The notes beneath the pieces were generated by a model. The model saw nothing but the letters and a program-made list of their open reading frames with translations, ran no database searches and was not told the DNA's origin. Source: Octopus bimaculoides (Eukaryota). From it: 37,125 bases of DNA. The position numbers were made by a program, and so were the translations under genes. Each line of letters opens with the position of its first letter. Position 1 is the stretch's first letter. The stretch covers positions 176,470,416 to 176,507,540 of the forward strand of contig NC_068982.1 of NCBI RefSeq assembly GCF_001194135.2, read 5' to 3'. Positions 11,871 to 24,905 of this stretch are shown here, piece by piece.

Positions 11871-13499
11871 TTTGTTGTTATTATTATTAGGGGAAAGGTT
11901 TGTATTAACTAAATTAATGTTGGAACTCAGTAATACAACTGCTGAAGTACAACATTGAAAGAAAGTTTAGAAATCGTCACAGTAGTAAAAATTTCCCGGC
12001 GCAATATGTGTGCAATATCGAAGACACCCTTAGCTATCGCGGCCTGAGGTTTCCTGCCTCCAATTGGCAGTTTATTATATAGCGAAACAAGAGACCCGCT
12101 CTGATAACCGTATTGTACTAATGGGAAAATGGAAAAGATGGAGAAAGAAGCTGTCGGTTTAAGAAACTAGTTCGAAATATTTCGTAATGTTTTCTGATGA
12201 GAAAGCTGCCTAATGTATCCTTTTTCTCTGTTAAACTGCGACAGAAAAATGTCATGTAAAGTAAGATGTTCACTAACGTATTTCATCTCGATGCCCTTCC
12301 TATTTCTGATCGAAGAGGGAAATTATTTTAATTACGATTGAGTGTAAAGTATAGTACTAATTACTTTCTCAGGCACCTTGCCAGGTAGGTGGCAAAGACA
12401 ATGATTCAATGTAGGTTACTTTCACTTGGAGAATCAATAAAATGTTGGAGAAGATATTGCGCGAAATTTAGGTACATCTCTTTACGTTCTAAATTGATTT
12501 TTTCCAGGTCAAGTAACCAGATGCAAGCTAAATAGTTATGCCATATATATTGACTCTTTTCGAAGCAATTAAACATGTCTGAGGCTATTTATACAGTCGA
12601 AGTTTATGAATAAGATTTTCTGCCAAAATAACCTCGACTTCATATACACGTATCGTATACACTCCGTATAATGTTTACTTGGCATTGTAAAAAGGTCTAA
12701 CACAAGACGCATAAGACAATGACCATTGGCATAAACAGTGTTTGGAAAAGAAATTTAATAAAATGCAACTTCCACATTGGTGAATATTTTGAAAACTTGA
12801 CCGAAGTGAACTAAATAGAAAATGAAACACAAAAATAATCGTTTACTCTTTTCAAGGAAAATCAATATTGCTGTCTTCAGTGAAAAGCTGAACTAAAAAT
12901 GTATGCATTATTCTATGGCCGATTTTACAGTTGTGATTTGTGTCCAAACTGTGGATGAACAGCTGAAGTTAAAGAGGATACGATTGCATTGAACTGAGAA
13001 AGGCTTAGCGTTCAATATCCATTCTTCGTCTGATATATTATGCACATTCATAGTTTATACTTATGTAATCATAGATTTTATGCTTTGGAGATTATACATA
13101 CCTACATGCACACATACATATGCGTCCGTACACATGCACATTTAAAAAATATTTCAGCTCGAGTCTGTTCCAAATAATTATATTAAAGTAGTATTTTATC
13201 CGGAGAACTTGAGTAGATATATGCATTATAAGATTTCTGCCATTAAATTCAATTTCTACTAGAAGTCTGATTCTTCAATGAAACATATTTCTCGTATAAT
13301 AATTCAACTTTTGTTGCACTGCTTTATCTTTCTTGTGCAGTTTTATCTACTCAGAGACTTATCCACATGAACAGGGGCATCCTTCTGCCTGTCTGTCTCT
13401 CTTGTATGTATATATATATATATATATATATATTAATGTGGGATATAGAATATGGAATATATATCGTAAAATGAAATGAAGTATTGAATGTCTTACTGA

Positions 13500-13590
13500 A
13501 TAAATTAAATATTGAATATTAAATATATAAGGCCTAGTATACTTTCCTGCTTTCTAGCAATCTTCAAGGTCCCGTTGACAAGTGTTTTAG

Positions 13591-13621
<31 letters not shown>

Positions 13622-14088
13622 CGTCTGGCTAGATGGAATCAAGAGGATGTAGACGATAACCTTGCTGTCGAAAAATGGGATCATCATGAGTACCCCGGTG
13701 CACTTGCTTTGCCTAACCTCTTGTGCCAGCGTAAAACATACTCGGCTCATGCAAGTTAATCCATAAGCAGGCTGGAGTATTTCATAAGTTTCTGTAGAGT
13801 TTTTGACCAGTTTGACACAACATTTTATTATACAGCGACTTTCTAAATTGTTTTCCTGTCCTGACTGCATTCAGAAAACCAGTCAACTATGACAAGCAGT
13901 GCTTAGTAGGAAGTGTTCAAAGTGCTGTTACATTCGTCTTCTTCAATCTGGAACTATAAAAGTTAGCACCCCCAGCTTATTAGATTTACAGTAACGTTAT
14001 ACTAAAACTGAAAAATTTACAATAATTTAGAACAGTTATAATTGTCTCTCCTAAAAAATATTTGCAAAATTCTGGAATGCACCCCGTA
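13500..14088 (-). mobile_element. Internally deleted mariner transposon remnant
   Basis: HTH segment SRCIIKCCVKLVKNSTETYEILQPAYG..MSR plus frameshifted LRWHKR, fused to QSKCTGVLMMIPFFDSKVIV. A TIR-like end TACGGGGTGCATTCCAGAA lies at 14070-14088, and an (AT)n tract sits inside. Confidence 0.8.
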
Positions 14089-14448
14089 TGTATATCCAAA
14101 CAACTAATCGATCGTTTGCTGGTTAAACAATCAATCGGTTACTAAATCACTGAAAAGGTCGTAAACAGCGACGAAAGGACTTTGACTAGCAAACAACCGA
14201 TTGATTGTTTACTCAGCACATTAAACAAATTTGTTTGTTGCTTAAATATTTAACCTATTGGCTAACAATAAAGAAGGGGAGTTGAAACTACGTGTGTTAT
14301 TATTCTTTTGTACTCTAGGCCCAAGGCCCAACATTTTGGGGGAGGAGTCAGTCGATTAGATCGTCCCCATAACACAAGTGGTGCTTCATTTGTAATTGTT
14401 ACTTAATGTATATTATAACTGGTACTTGATATATATTATATATAAGTC

Positions 14449-14822
14449 GGCGAGCTGGCAGAGATGTTTGCACGCCGGGCGAAATGCTTAGCGGTTTTTC
14501 GCCTGTCTTTACCTTCTGAGATCAAATTCCGCCGAGGTAGACTTTGCCTTTCATCTTTTCGGGGTCGATAAATTAAATATCAGTTGCATACTGGGGCCGA
14601 TCTGATCGGTTGCCCCACTCCCCAAAATATTTGTCCCTCCACCGTCGCTTGACAACTGATGTTGGTGTATTTAACTCCCTGTAACTTAGTGGTTCGGCAT
14701 AAGACACCGATGGAATAAATACTAAGCTTACAAAGAACAAGACCAGGATCGATTTGTTCAACTAAAGCCGGTGTTCCAGCATGGCCGCAGTCAAATGACT
14801 GAAACGAGAAAAAGAATAAAAG
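14449..14822 (+). mobile_element. Composite SINE: family-B 5' part joined to family-A 3' part
   Basis: ggcgagctggcaga...cgaaatgcttagcgg...caaattccgccgagg is shared with 35950 and 18645. 14640-14822 matches 22770-22956 (gcttgacaac...ccagcatggccgcagtcaaatgactgaaac). Confidence 0.8.
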
Positions 14823-14949
14823 GAAAAAATGTTTGTGTTTATGTGTGTGTGTGTGTGTCTGAGTGCACGCATGTGCGCGTGTTTGTTGTAAATGATTGTC
14901 TTGTCAAGCAGTGCTTTTAATTACAATATTCTATAAAAAAAAAAAAACA

Positions 14950-15240
14950 TGTCTGGCCATGTGAAAAATATTACATTGCTCGAAACTGAACTGGTGAATT
15001 TCGGCGTCAGGAAGGGCACCCGGTCGTAGAAAATTTACATTCGTGAATTCCGTTCAGTCTTGGAAGCATGGAAAGTGGACATTACGTCGATGATGATTCT
15101 TTTATTCATTCTCTTACCTCTTTCAATCACTGGTTTGGTGCCATGCTTGCGTTAGAAGAATTTAGTCGATCAAATCGAGCCATCTAATTTTTATAAAATT
15201 CTGGTACTTATTTTATCGGTTTTCTTTCGCGTACAACCAC
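14950..15240. mobile_element. Degraded SINE fragments
   Basis: ggcgtcaggaagggcacccgg block plus a degraded reverse-complement match to the family-A tail. Confidence 0.45.
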
Positions 15241-15489
15241 GATGCTTGGACTTAAATAAAACGACACCTTTTGTGAAGCGACGCGGAGAAACATTTGTAA
15301 TATGCATTTGCATTCATATTCATACTGCTCCTTTCGCTTATATGTAGTTGTTATCATCATTAATTTGTTGTTTGCTTAACATTGTCTCCATCTGCTTGAG
15401 TACTGGCTATGCTTATATCGTTGAATACTTTTTTAACACATTGCCCTGGTCGTTACCGGATTGATGCATATAATGTTGGTTTCAAAGTT

Positions 15490-15690
15490 TGGCACAAAGC
15501 CAACAGTTTTGAGGAAGGGGTTAAGTCGGTTACAACAATTCCAGTGCTCAACTGGTCCTTATTTTATCGACCTCGAAAGAATGAAAAGGAATGTTGACCT
15601 CGACTGAATTTGAACTGAAAACGTGTAGACTAGTGAAACACTACTAAGCATATTGCCCGGCGTGATAACGGCTCAGCCAACTCGCTACCT
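15490..15690 (-). mobile_element. SINE family B, minus strand
   Basis: The reverse complement reads ggtagcgagttggc...gccgggcaatatgcttag...ttcaaattcagtcgaggtcaac...gtcgataaaataag, matching the 14449 and 35950 copies. Confidence 0.75.
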
Positions 15691-16389
15691 TTTTTGTTGC
15701 ATATCATAATGCCCTTACTTTTTGTGAGGCAAGCTTGCTTTTATTGGTCGAATTAGTGACTTTTTCTGTTGGTTCCTCTAAGTTCTTATTACTTTTACTG
15801 CAGTAAAAAAATGATTATCACTGCAAACGAATTCAAAGCGAATTTACAAAAGCCGGTTAATGTTACTACCAAAACCAAATTCACCACAAAAATTATCTGA
15901 GGAGTTAAAGTTCAAGTTTTAATAATTGCAGAATGTGGAAAGAGTGTGAACATATAAATAGCCTACTGCTTCTAGCTGTCTGAACTTAGAGAACAGAAAA
16001 TAAAACAGACACGCTAGAATTTATGGTTTCATAGTCTGGAACTATATAGTGGTTATGGGAAAAATCATAAGAAGTAGTACCATCTTTAATCACAAAAATT
16101 TTATAACAAATCAAGTACATAATGTTCTTTTTATGAGACTATTCACACTAAGTGGAAGGTTAATCCCCCAGAAGTTGTTGCGAAAGACCACAAGAAAAGA
16201 TAAGTTTTAATTGCATATTACTTTTAAAACTATAAACGGATAGAGGTATCAAAAATGTAAGAATTGAAAGCAGAAACAATCCAAATAATAAAAGTATCCT
16301 GAGAAAGGTTAAAAAGAAATTCTTAAAATTGTATTATAACAAAACTCCGATTTACAAATACACGCATCATAGAAGTGAATAGCAGTACG

Positions 16390-16471
16390 AAGCAATGTAT
16401 ACATACACGCACATACATACGTATGTACATACTTACTTACATACATGCATACATATATATATATATATACA

Positions 16472-16505
<34 letters not shown>

Positions 16506-16708
16506 CACACATACATACATACATACATACATATGTGTATACATATGTGTATATATATTCATGCACACATATATATGTGTATGTTTACGTGCGTTTGTAT
16601 ACATACATATACATATATATGAATATATACACATGTACATATAAATATATGTATGTGTGCAAACATACACATGTGCATACAATCATATATACATATATGT
16701 GTGTATAT
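16390..16708. repeat. (TACA)n/(TA)n degenerate microsatellite
   Basis: Directly visible; source of many spurious ORFs. Confidence 0.95.
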
Positions 16709-17054
16709 AAAGGGTAAAAAGTAAAGACACCTTCGGTCATGAATGTCCATGGTTTAGCACCTCGAAAGTTCCCCACCGAGGCACAAGTTCAGGCAGGACT
16801 GTCAAAGGAAGACTGGTAGTCGCCCATGCATTCCAGCCTCCTCTCTCCACGCCACCAATGTTATACAAGGGAAAGTCAAAGAGCGATACAGCTTGGCACC
16901 AGTAACATCGCAACTCATATAGCTGAATGAACTCGAGCAACGTGAAATACGGTGTCTTGCTCAAGAACACAACACACAGCTCGGTCCTGGAACCGAACTG
17001 ACTACCTCATGATCCTAAGCCCGACTCTCTAACCACTGAGCCACACGCCTTCAC
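16709..17054 (-). mobile_element. tRNA-derived SINE (family C)
   Basis: Minus-strand head has A box TGGCTCAGTGG (17033-17043) and B box GTTCGGTTCC (16989-16998), followed by a ~300 bp non-tRNA body. Confidence 0.85.
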
Positions 17055-17071
17055 GCGCGCGCGCTTGGGTG

Positions 17072-17109
<38 letters not shown>

Positions 17110-17391
17110 NNNNNNNNNNNNNNNNNNNNNNNNNNNNNNNNNNNNNNNNNNNNNNNNNNNNNNNNNNNNNNNNNNNNNNNNNNNNNNNNNNNNNNNNNNN
17201 NNNNNNNNNNNNNNNNNNNNNNNNNNNNNNNNNNNNNNNNNNNNNNNNNNNNNNNNNNNNNNNNNNNNNNNNNNNNNNNNNNNNNNNNNNNNNNNNNNNN
17301 NNNNNNNNNNNNNNNNNNNNNNNNNNNNNNNNNNNNNNNNNNNNNNNNNNNNNNNNNNNNNNNNNNNNNNNNNNNNNNNNNNNNNNNNNNN

Positions 17392-17422
<31 letters not shown>

Positions 17423-18187
17423 AGAGTACTTTAAGAAAATTTGATGCTGCGATGTTGAAAATAATTAAGAGAATCCTTTCAAAGAATCTTCTGTACAGCA
17501 AAAAGAAAAAAGAAAGAAATAAAATTCAAGTGATGAATATTTATTTTATGAAAAATGATGAATGGTGGAAATAGTGTGAAAGGTTCAAAGTTAGAGTTGA
17601 ATGTTTTATGCCAAGTAAAATGTGTGAATAGAGAAGAACTGCGTGACAGAAAACAGATTAGGAAATAATATTGTTGTATAAAAAGACAAACAGAAAATAC
17701 AACGCTCAACTTAGCAGCAAAGGTGAAGTTTGATGATGGAGAAATCATAAAATATTCAACGGTTCAGAGATAGACAAGGAGTGGAATGTGAAAGCCATAA
17801 TGCAAAAGATGTCTGCAAAAATGATGCATAGGGAGAAAATAGAAAATAGAAAATTCGAAAGAGAAACTGCAGAAGATAAAACAAATGAAGTGTACACAGT
17901 TCAAATAGAAATTGCTATCGATTGAAATCTTTAACGGCTTATATAAAAAAAAATAAAATCAGCGGATGAATTGTGACGTCAATTTCAGGAACCATTGTAG
18001 AAATGTTAAAAACAAAGACATGGGGAGTGTGAGCGACATTGAATACGTGTATTTAAACTATAGAAATATATAGGTGTACAGAAGAAATAGAGTAGTTCAT
18101 GTTTGTTATATAGATGTAATTCACGTCTTGGTAACGTTTGTGCTAGCAACCATGTTCTTCATTAAGACAACTAATATATATAAGACA

Positions 18188-18571
18188 GTGGAGGCGCAAT
18201 GGCCCAGTAGATAGGGCAGCGGACTCGCGGTCATAGGTTCGCGGTTTCGATTCCCAGACCGGGCGTTGTGAGTGTATATTGAGGGAAAACACCTAAAGCT
18301 CCACGGGGCTCCGGCAGGGGATGGTGGTGAACCCTGCTGTACTCTTTTACCACAACTTTCTCTCACTCTTACTTCCTGTTTCTGTTGTGCCTGTAATTCG
18401 AAGGGGCCAGTCTTGTCACACTGTGTCACGCTGAATATCCCCGAGAGCTACGTTAAGGGTACACGTGTCTGTGGAGTGCTCAGCCACTTGCACGTTAATT
18501 TCACGAGCAGGCTGTTCGGCTGATTGGATCGACTGGAACCCTCGACGTCGTAACTGACCAGTGCCAACAAC
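18188..18571 (+). mobile_element. Full-length tRNA-derived SINE (family D; tRNA-Arg-like head, possibly an octopus OR-type SINE)
   Basis: A box TGGCCCAGTAG (18200), B box GTTTCGATTCC (18244), (CAA) tail, and a perfect 12 bp TSD ATATATAAGACA at 18176-18187 and 18572-18583. Confidence 0.9.
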
Positions 18572-18644
18572 ATATATAAGACAACTAACAAAAAGAAGTA
18601 AATTATTCGTTGTAGTACAAAATTTGATGCATTAATTAGATGAT

Positions 18645-18800
18645 GCTAAGCCGGAGAAAATGCTTTGCAGTATTTCGTAGGTCTTTCTGAGCTCAAATGC
18701 CGCCGAGGTCGACTATGCCTTTCATCTGAGTTGTAGGGTTGATGTAATCGACTTCCTCCTCCCCCAAATTGCTGACCTTTGCTAAAATATGAAACCAATA
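18645..18800 (+). mobile_element. SINE family B, truncated
   Basis: ctcaaatgccgccgaggtcgactatgcctttcat...gatgtaatcgactt matches the other family-B copies. Confidence 0.7.
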
Positions 18801-19669
18801 ATTAGATGATACTGGAAACCTATTTTGAGATTATGGATAACACAAGCCTAAAACTATCAGCAAAATGATGACAAGCATGGGCATTTTGTATGAGTCATTC
18901 TAACGAATAGAAATAGGTAGCTAAGAGGTTCACAGTTCTATTCTTGTCGTTGGTATTGTGTTATACCAGTGACTAAGCTTTTGAACTGTTTCAATATTTC
19001 AACTCGTGTATCTGTAATGTGTACTGCAGTTTGGAAGAACTTGTTCCAGCTGTGAATAATTCGTTAGCCTGCGGAGCAATTTTTCCCGTTGGAAAAGTTA
19101 CAAGCGCTGTTCTCGCAAAATTTGTGTTAGGAATGATGTTGTTCAAAATCCGGGAATGCTGGACATTGTAATTTTAAAACTATTAGTTGAACTTAGTTGT
19201 CCTTAGAGATAAAAACACAATAATATCATTAGAAAACAAAGAGTTGCAACAGCTGGAGAAATTTTGAACGGTAGAAAGAAAAAAGCTTGCATTAAAGGGA
19301 GAATGATATATAAATATAATAGTATCTTACAAAAAGAAGAGATACTTCAAGATTATTAAGGTACGAAACAAGAAAAAATTACCATCACAAGAAAAGCAAA
19401 TGCCTCTTTCTTACTATGGCATCAAAAGAACGGATGGGAGCAATCTTAGTGCTATTTCTAAATGAACCATTCAATTTACGACATCATCACTCGATTCTGT
19501 CTCTACAGCTTTTTGTTTGATCTATACCTAACTTGCTAACTCACTATAACACTTGACAGGGAAAATTTGTAACTTAGATATTCTTCTAACGATCCCCCCA
19601 CCTATATTATGCAACATGTTTCATAAATCTCATCAAATTTCAAGCTACCCGCAAAATTTATGTCCTGTT

Positions 19670-20590
19670 CCTCTTGAAAAGTTAATAGGCTGATCAAAAT
19701 ATTCTCAAAGATTGCGACCAAATAAGGTTTACTTTTCAACATAGTCCCCCTTCCAGCTTCCAGTCGACACACGTCTTCCATCGGTGTCGCAGCGCTTGGA
19801 TCCTATCGGCAGAGTAGCTTTCATCCTGTTAGTAAAAAAAAAAAAATTATCAACAGCAGACATGATGTCACCATCACTGCGATATTGGTTTCAACCGAGT
19901 CCTTTTTCATGTTGGGGAACAAATGATAGTCAGATGGGACCAAATAAGGAGAATAGGGAGCGTGATCAACTAGTTCAGAGCCATAGTCACACACAGCAAC
20001 CATTGAAACTAAGGATTCGCGTGCTGGAGCATTGTCCCAATGAAACAAGACCCTTTCTTTAGTTTTCCTGAGTCTTGATAGCTTTTCGTAACTGCCTCCG
20101 CAAATTGTCATAGTTCTCTCCATTGATGGTGTGGCCTTTTTGAGGATATTCAATAAATAGAATGCCTTTTACATCCTCCAAATCTGAGGCCATCACACTC
20201 TCTGCAGTTAAAATGACCTTGACCGTCTTCGAATCAGGAGAGGATGGGTGTTTCCATGGTATGGACTGCCTCCTTGTCTCTGGCTCAAAACGATGAACCC
20301 AACACTGGCTTTGGAAATGTTCAAGGAAACCCGCTGAATCTGCTTGAAACAATATTAGATTTTCATTTGATGTGATCAGCCTGGAGCGCTTTTGATCAAG
20401 TATCAGAAGACGGGGCAGCCACCGATCAGAAACCTTGGTCGTGCCATGTTCATCGAGCAGAATATTTTCAGTTCTCTCACGGGATACGCTAATAACGTTG
20501 TCTATATGTAGTTAATCACATGTCAACAATCAGCATGTGATAGACACGATCAATGTTTTCCACCGTGGCGGCAGTTCTTGAGTTAAACCT
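19670..20590 (-). mobile_element. Mariner (D,D34D) transposase pseudogene
   Basis: Motifs KVSDRWLPRLL (WVPxxL), WVHRFEPETRRQS..WKHPSSP, LFHWDNAP and HAPYSPYLVPSDYHLFPNMKK, spread across frameshifts and stops. Confidence 0.92.
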
Positions 20591-21229
20591 CAAAACTCTC
20601 CCTTCCCCGCCAGAATTCAGTACCCGTTTAGCTCATTTCATAAAGCTGGAAAGGCATCCCTTAGTGTAGCAACCATGTTAGCAGGAATACCCTTGGGGTC
20701 TAAACCTTATTCTTCTCCTGTGACTGCGTGCGTGCGCGTGTGTGTGTATAAGTATAAAATTTTGTAAAAAAATTCTTTGTGCACTCAATGTGAAGAAATA
20801 CTTTCTTAAATAAAAAATTATAATGATATAAATATCTCAAAACCATGGCATAATGACACGATCCATTTGCGATGAGGTTTTCGTAGTTTGTTAAGTTCCT
20901 TCGCTCTTTACAGCTTTTCAGGCATGCATGTTATGTAGTAATAATAAACATCTCTGTTTCAGTGGAAGTGTTTACTATTTCTAGATAAGCATCTGATTTG
21001 TAATCATTAATATTCTTTTGCCTTTTATTATTGACTATTTTCTTCCTTTGTTTTTCTTTTTTTAAAAACCTTTTGAGTTCCCATTTGCAAAAAAGTGTGT
21101 ACATGTTCAGTACATGGAACATTTCTAAGGGATGAGATGATTCCTTGATTTGCTGTGATTGGGTCAGAAGTATTCTGTCCTAACATCTGATATCTATGTA
21201 ATATCACTATCCAAAAGCAAAATCGTTAC

Positions 21230-21262
<33 letters not shown>

Positions 21263-21329
21263 NNNNNNNNNNATATATACATGAGAGAAAAAAGCCAGGT
21301 CAGTTCCTCCTCAACTTTTCGCGATTATC

Positions 21330-21620
21330 AAAGAATATGTATATGTATTTTTCCATATATGGATTTTCATAGTTACACTGTTTTAAAGAATATGTATTTG
21401 TATTTTTCCATATATGTATTCTCATACTCACACTGTTTTAAACATTTTCATCTTATTATCAGAGAACGTATGATAATCAGTATGTAACACTACAAAGTTC
21501 ATACAAAGCTTTATACTTTAAATATATTCCTCTTATTATCATCAAAGAATGTATATATGCATTTTAATACTCAAACTGTTTTTTAACATTTTTTATTATT
21601 CTCAAAGACTTTTGATAATC
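21330..21620. repeat. Degenerate minisatellite, 55 bp unit
   Basis: aaagaatatgtat.tgtatttttccatatatg...acactgtttta at 21330 and 21385, with weaker copies near 21540. Confidence 0.8.
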
Positions 21621-21754
21621 TTTTTCTAAAAAAGTGAAACCGGTTAAGTAAATAAATATCTTTAAAATAAGTGCATTTTCAAACCTTTCATATATATTTC
21701 CACTCGTACGGTATTCCACAACTTTACTTTATTATATATATATATATATATATA

Positions 21755-21813
<59 letters not shown>

Positions 21814-22186
21814 TGGAGAATGTATTGTAAGCGTAGTAGAGATAACTTCGGAGTAGTGTCTAGGTGGATAAAAACTTCAAATCAAGCTCCATCATCCATG
21901 ATGGTACCACTGGCGTGAAAAGGCAGCTAAATTAATGGTGTTCGTTGAGCCGGTATAGAATTAGGAATACAGATAAACGCAAGTTGGCTTAATGCGTATA
22001 TTGACACGGAACTCAAAAGACAAAGTAAAGAATAAAAGAATACAAAGTATAAGAAGGTAGTTACGTAATAGTTTTATCTTGACAGCTGTTTGGAGCGAAC
22101 CGTGGATTATGCCGTAATCACGTACAGCTATTACATAGCTGCATGTAATAACAAGTTCCTTTGTGTGTGTGTGTGTGTGTATGTGT

Positions 22187-22228
<42 letters not shown>

Positions 22229-22542
22229 ACGTGTGTGTGTCTCTGTTTATATTTATTTATTTGTGTGTGTGTGTATGTACACATATAGTGAGGAATACAT
22301 TTCATTATAGATTTACTGAGTTTATAAATTTACTCTAATGCCCTTTAACACAAATTTGCTGAATCGGTACTGAACTGGAGTTAAACATAGCACGACAGCG
22401 AGGTTAACTACTCCCAGTTTCCCAATGGTCAATATTCGTAGCTCAATCTGGCAAAGAATTAGCAATGAGCAGATAGCATCAATGGGCTACTGAAAACATG
22501 CTTCAGTCAGGATCTGATATATAATAAATGACTATAGTTTCA

Positions 22543-22956
22543 GGCGCAGGAATGGATGTGTGGTAAGTAGCTTCCTTACCAAACACATGGTTCCGGATTC
22601 AGTCCCACTGCCTGGCACCTTGGGCAAGTGTCTTCTACTATAGCCTCGGGCCGACCAAAGTCTTGTGAATGAACTTGATAGACGGAAACTGAAAGAAGCC
22701 TGTCGTATATATGTATATGTATATATATATATGTGTGTGTGTGTGTTTGTGTGTTTGTGTTTGTCCCCCCTAGCATCGCTTGACAACCGATGCTGGTGTG
22801 TTTACGCCCCCGTAACTTAGCGGTTCGGCAAAAGACACCGATAGAATAAGTACTAGGCTTACAAAGATTAAGTTCTGGGGTCGATTTCCTCAACTAAAGG
22901 TGATGCTCCAGCATGGCCGCAGTCAAATGACTGAAACAAGTAAAAGAGTAAAAGAG
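22543..22956 (+). mobile_element. Full-length tRNA-derived SINE (family A) with internal (TA)/(TG) microsatellite
   Basis: A-box-like TGGATGTGTGG and B-box-like GATTCAGTCCC, a conserved body, and a (GTAAAAGA)x2 tail. Confidence 0.85.
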
Positions 22957-24375
22957 CATAGTTCTCTTCTTGCAAATATGGGATTCAGTTTACACCATGG
23001 TATTGACTGTGCGAAAAATAAATCTAGGTAACAGTCACTTAGTTGTCGCTCGAAGTTCTTTATTAAATACCAAATAAATCTCACGCAAATTCTACCCTCC
23101 TGACTAAAGAAAGAGTAAACATAATAATGTGGTCCTTGTGAATACTGTTGTGCTCGGAAAACGACAGGTGAGATGGCTGATTACGTCTTCAAAAAAAGGT
23201 ATGGTTGAGCAAGAAATCTCTCGTTTTAAACATGCTTTGCAGTTCTTTGCAATGTTTTCAAAAACATGCTTTGCAAACTATTTCTAATTGTTTGAACTAA
23301 TTTAATCACCATACTTTTAACCGAATGTATCAAAGTGTTTTTATTGATAATTCTTACCCCATGACCAACTCAGAGGGATCTGATTTATGTTCAAAACACT
23401 TTTCAGGCTTGACAATTCTATCGTTTTAAGGATACCTTGCAGTATCTTATCCAACGTCTCCTTTCTTAACTTTTGTTTTAAAGACGGTCGAGGTGTCTTA
23501 AGGAAATTCGATTCCTACTCCTATAATATCGTAAGACCATGCAGATGTTCCCCATTTGGGGTCTTTGTCACTGTAGCTGCTTATGCTAGTATTACACGGA
23601 AGGTCAACTCGACTGGAGGAAAGAGATAGCATTTTCGGATGGAAACGTGTCATAACGATCATCATCAGCATTATAGATGTCGTCGTCTTCCTCATAATCA
23701 TCATCATGATCATCTCTAATAACGCGGTCATTAACATCAGAATCACCAGTGACAGCTTCTAGATTCCCTCAATCCGCACCCTCATCCCAAACATCACCAG
23801 TGACAACATCATCCTCCCAACCTCAACATCATTATATAATCCTCATGAAATTAAAGTTTATAATGAAATGTCTATCTTTTGTTCTTAGAAATTCACATCA
23901 TTTTATTGTTGAATTTGTCGCCGATTTTGCTGTTGTTAGGATTGCATGAAATTTAAATTTTACTATGGTTTCTGCTGAAAATTAATTGGTTTTCTGTATC
24001 GCTCAATAAATTATTGGTGTTTGTGTTATTGCTGTTGTTGATGCTGTCATTTTTACTGTCATTGGTCGGCAATGATAATGAAATGATGATGATAATGATG
24101 ATGATGATGATAAAGAGGAGGAGGAGGAGGAACAGAAGAAGAAGGGCAGCATTATTGCTTCGTAATATTGTTTGTTGTTTAGGCTGTCGTTGTATCCACT
24201 TCTTTTCCTGGTGCCTACGTTTTAATTTATTGTTCTTAAGATGCTTTCCTTTTTTGTTCGTGGCTGCCGAATGTGGGCTGGTCACTATTGTTGTAGTTAG
24301 TTGTTGGTACTGTTGCTGTTCTTCTGCTCCACTTCCTCATCCGCCTCCACTACACCTCCTCCCACAAATCCCCCC

Positions 24376-24905
24376 TCCTTCTTCTTCTTCTTCTTCTTCT
24401 TCTTCTTCTTCTTCTTCTTCTTCTCCTTCTCCTTCTCCTTCTTCTTCTTCTTCTCCTTCTCCTTCTTCTTCTTCTTCTTCTACTTCTTCTCCTTCTTCTT
24501 CTTCTTCTCCTTCTTCTTCTTCTNNNNNNNNNNCTTCTTCTCCTTCTTCTTCTTCTTCTCCTTCTTCTTCTTCTTCTTCTTCTTCTTCTTCTTCTTCTTC
24601 TTCTCCTTCTCCTTCTTCTTCTTCTCCTTCTTCTTCTTCTTCTTCTTCTTCTTCTTCTTCTTCTTCTTCTTCTTCTTCTCATTCCCCTGCCCCTCTTCCT
24701 CTTCTTCTTCTTCTTCTTCTTCTTCTTCTTCTTCTTCTTCTTCTTCTTCTTCTTCTTCTTCTTCTCCTTCTTCTTCTTCTTGTTCAATTTCTTGTTCAAT
24801 TTCTTCTTCTTCTTCTTCTTCTTCTTCTTCTTCTTCTTCTTCTTGTTCTTGTTCTTCTTGTTGTTGTTCTTCTTCTTCTCCTTCTTCTTCTTCTCCTTCT
24901 CCCCC
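24376..24905. repeat. Long (TTC/GAA)n tract with GGA/CAA variants and a 10-N gap
   Basis: Directly visible; true length is uncertain because of the gap at 24524-24533. Confidence 0.95.

Noticed and set aside
17420-18100. A-rich coding-like block, possibly a decayed gag/ORF1
   Set aside because: Stops in all frames; the putative zinc knuckle lacks the required residues.
16989-18255. tRNA genes at the two A/B-box heads (17.0 kb and 18.2 kb)
   Set aside because: No full cloverleaf; each continues into a ~300 bp SINE body, one with TSDs.
19000-19170. Short open frames on both strands in GC-richer sequence
   Set aside because: No recognisable homology and no convincing splice-site pair.
21130-21200. 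C/D-box snoRNA-like segment (GATGATT...CTGA)
   Set aside because: Imperfect C box, weak terminal stem, and no recognisable rRNA antisense element.
23387-23629. 80 aa plus ORF with NIVRPCRCS (TGF-beta/RINGv-like) and terminal GGKR
   Set aside because: The required upstream cysteines and a signal peptide are missing; the resemblance is likely chance.
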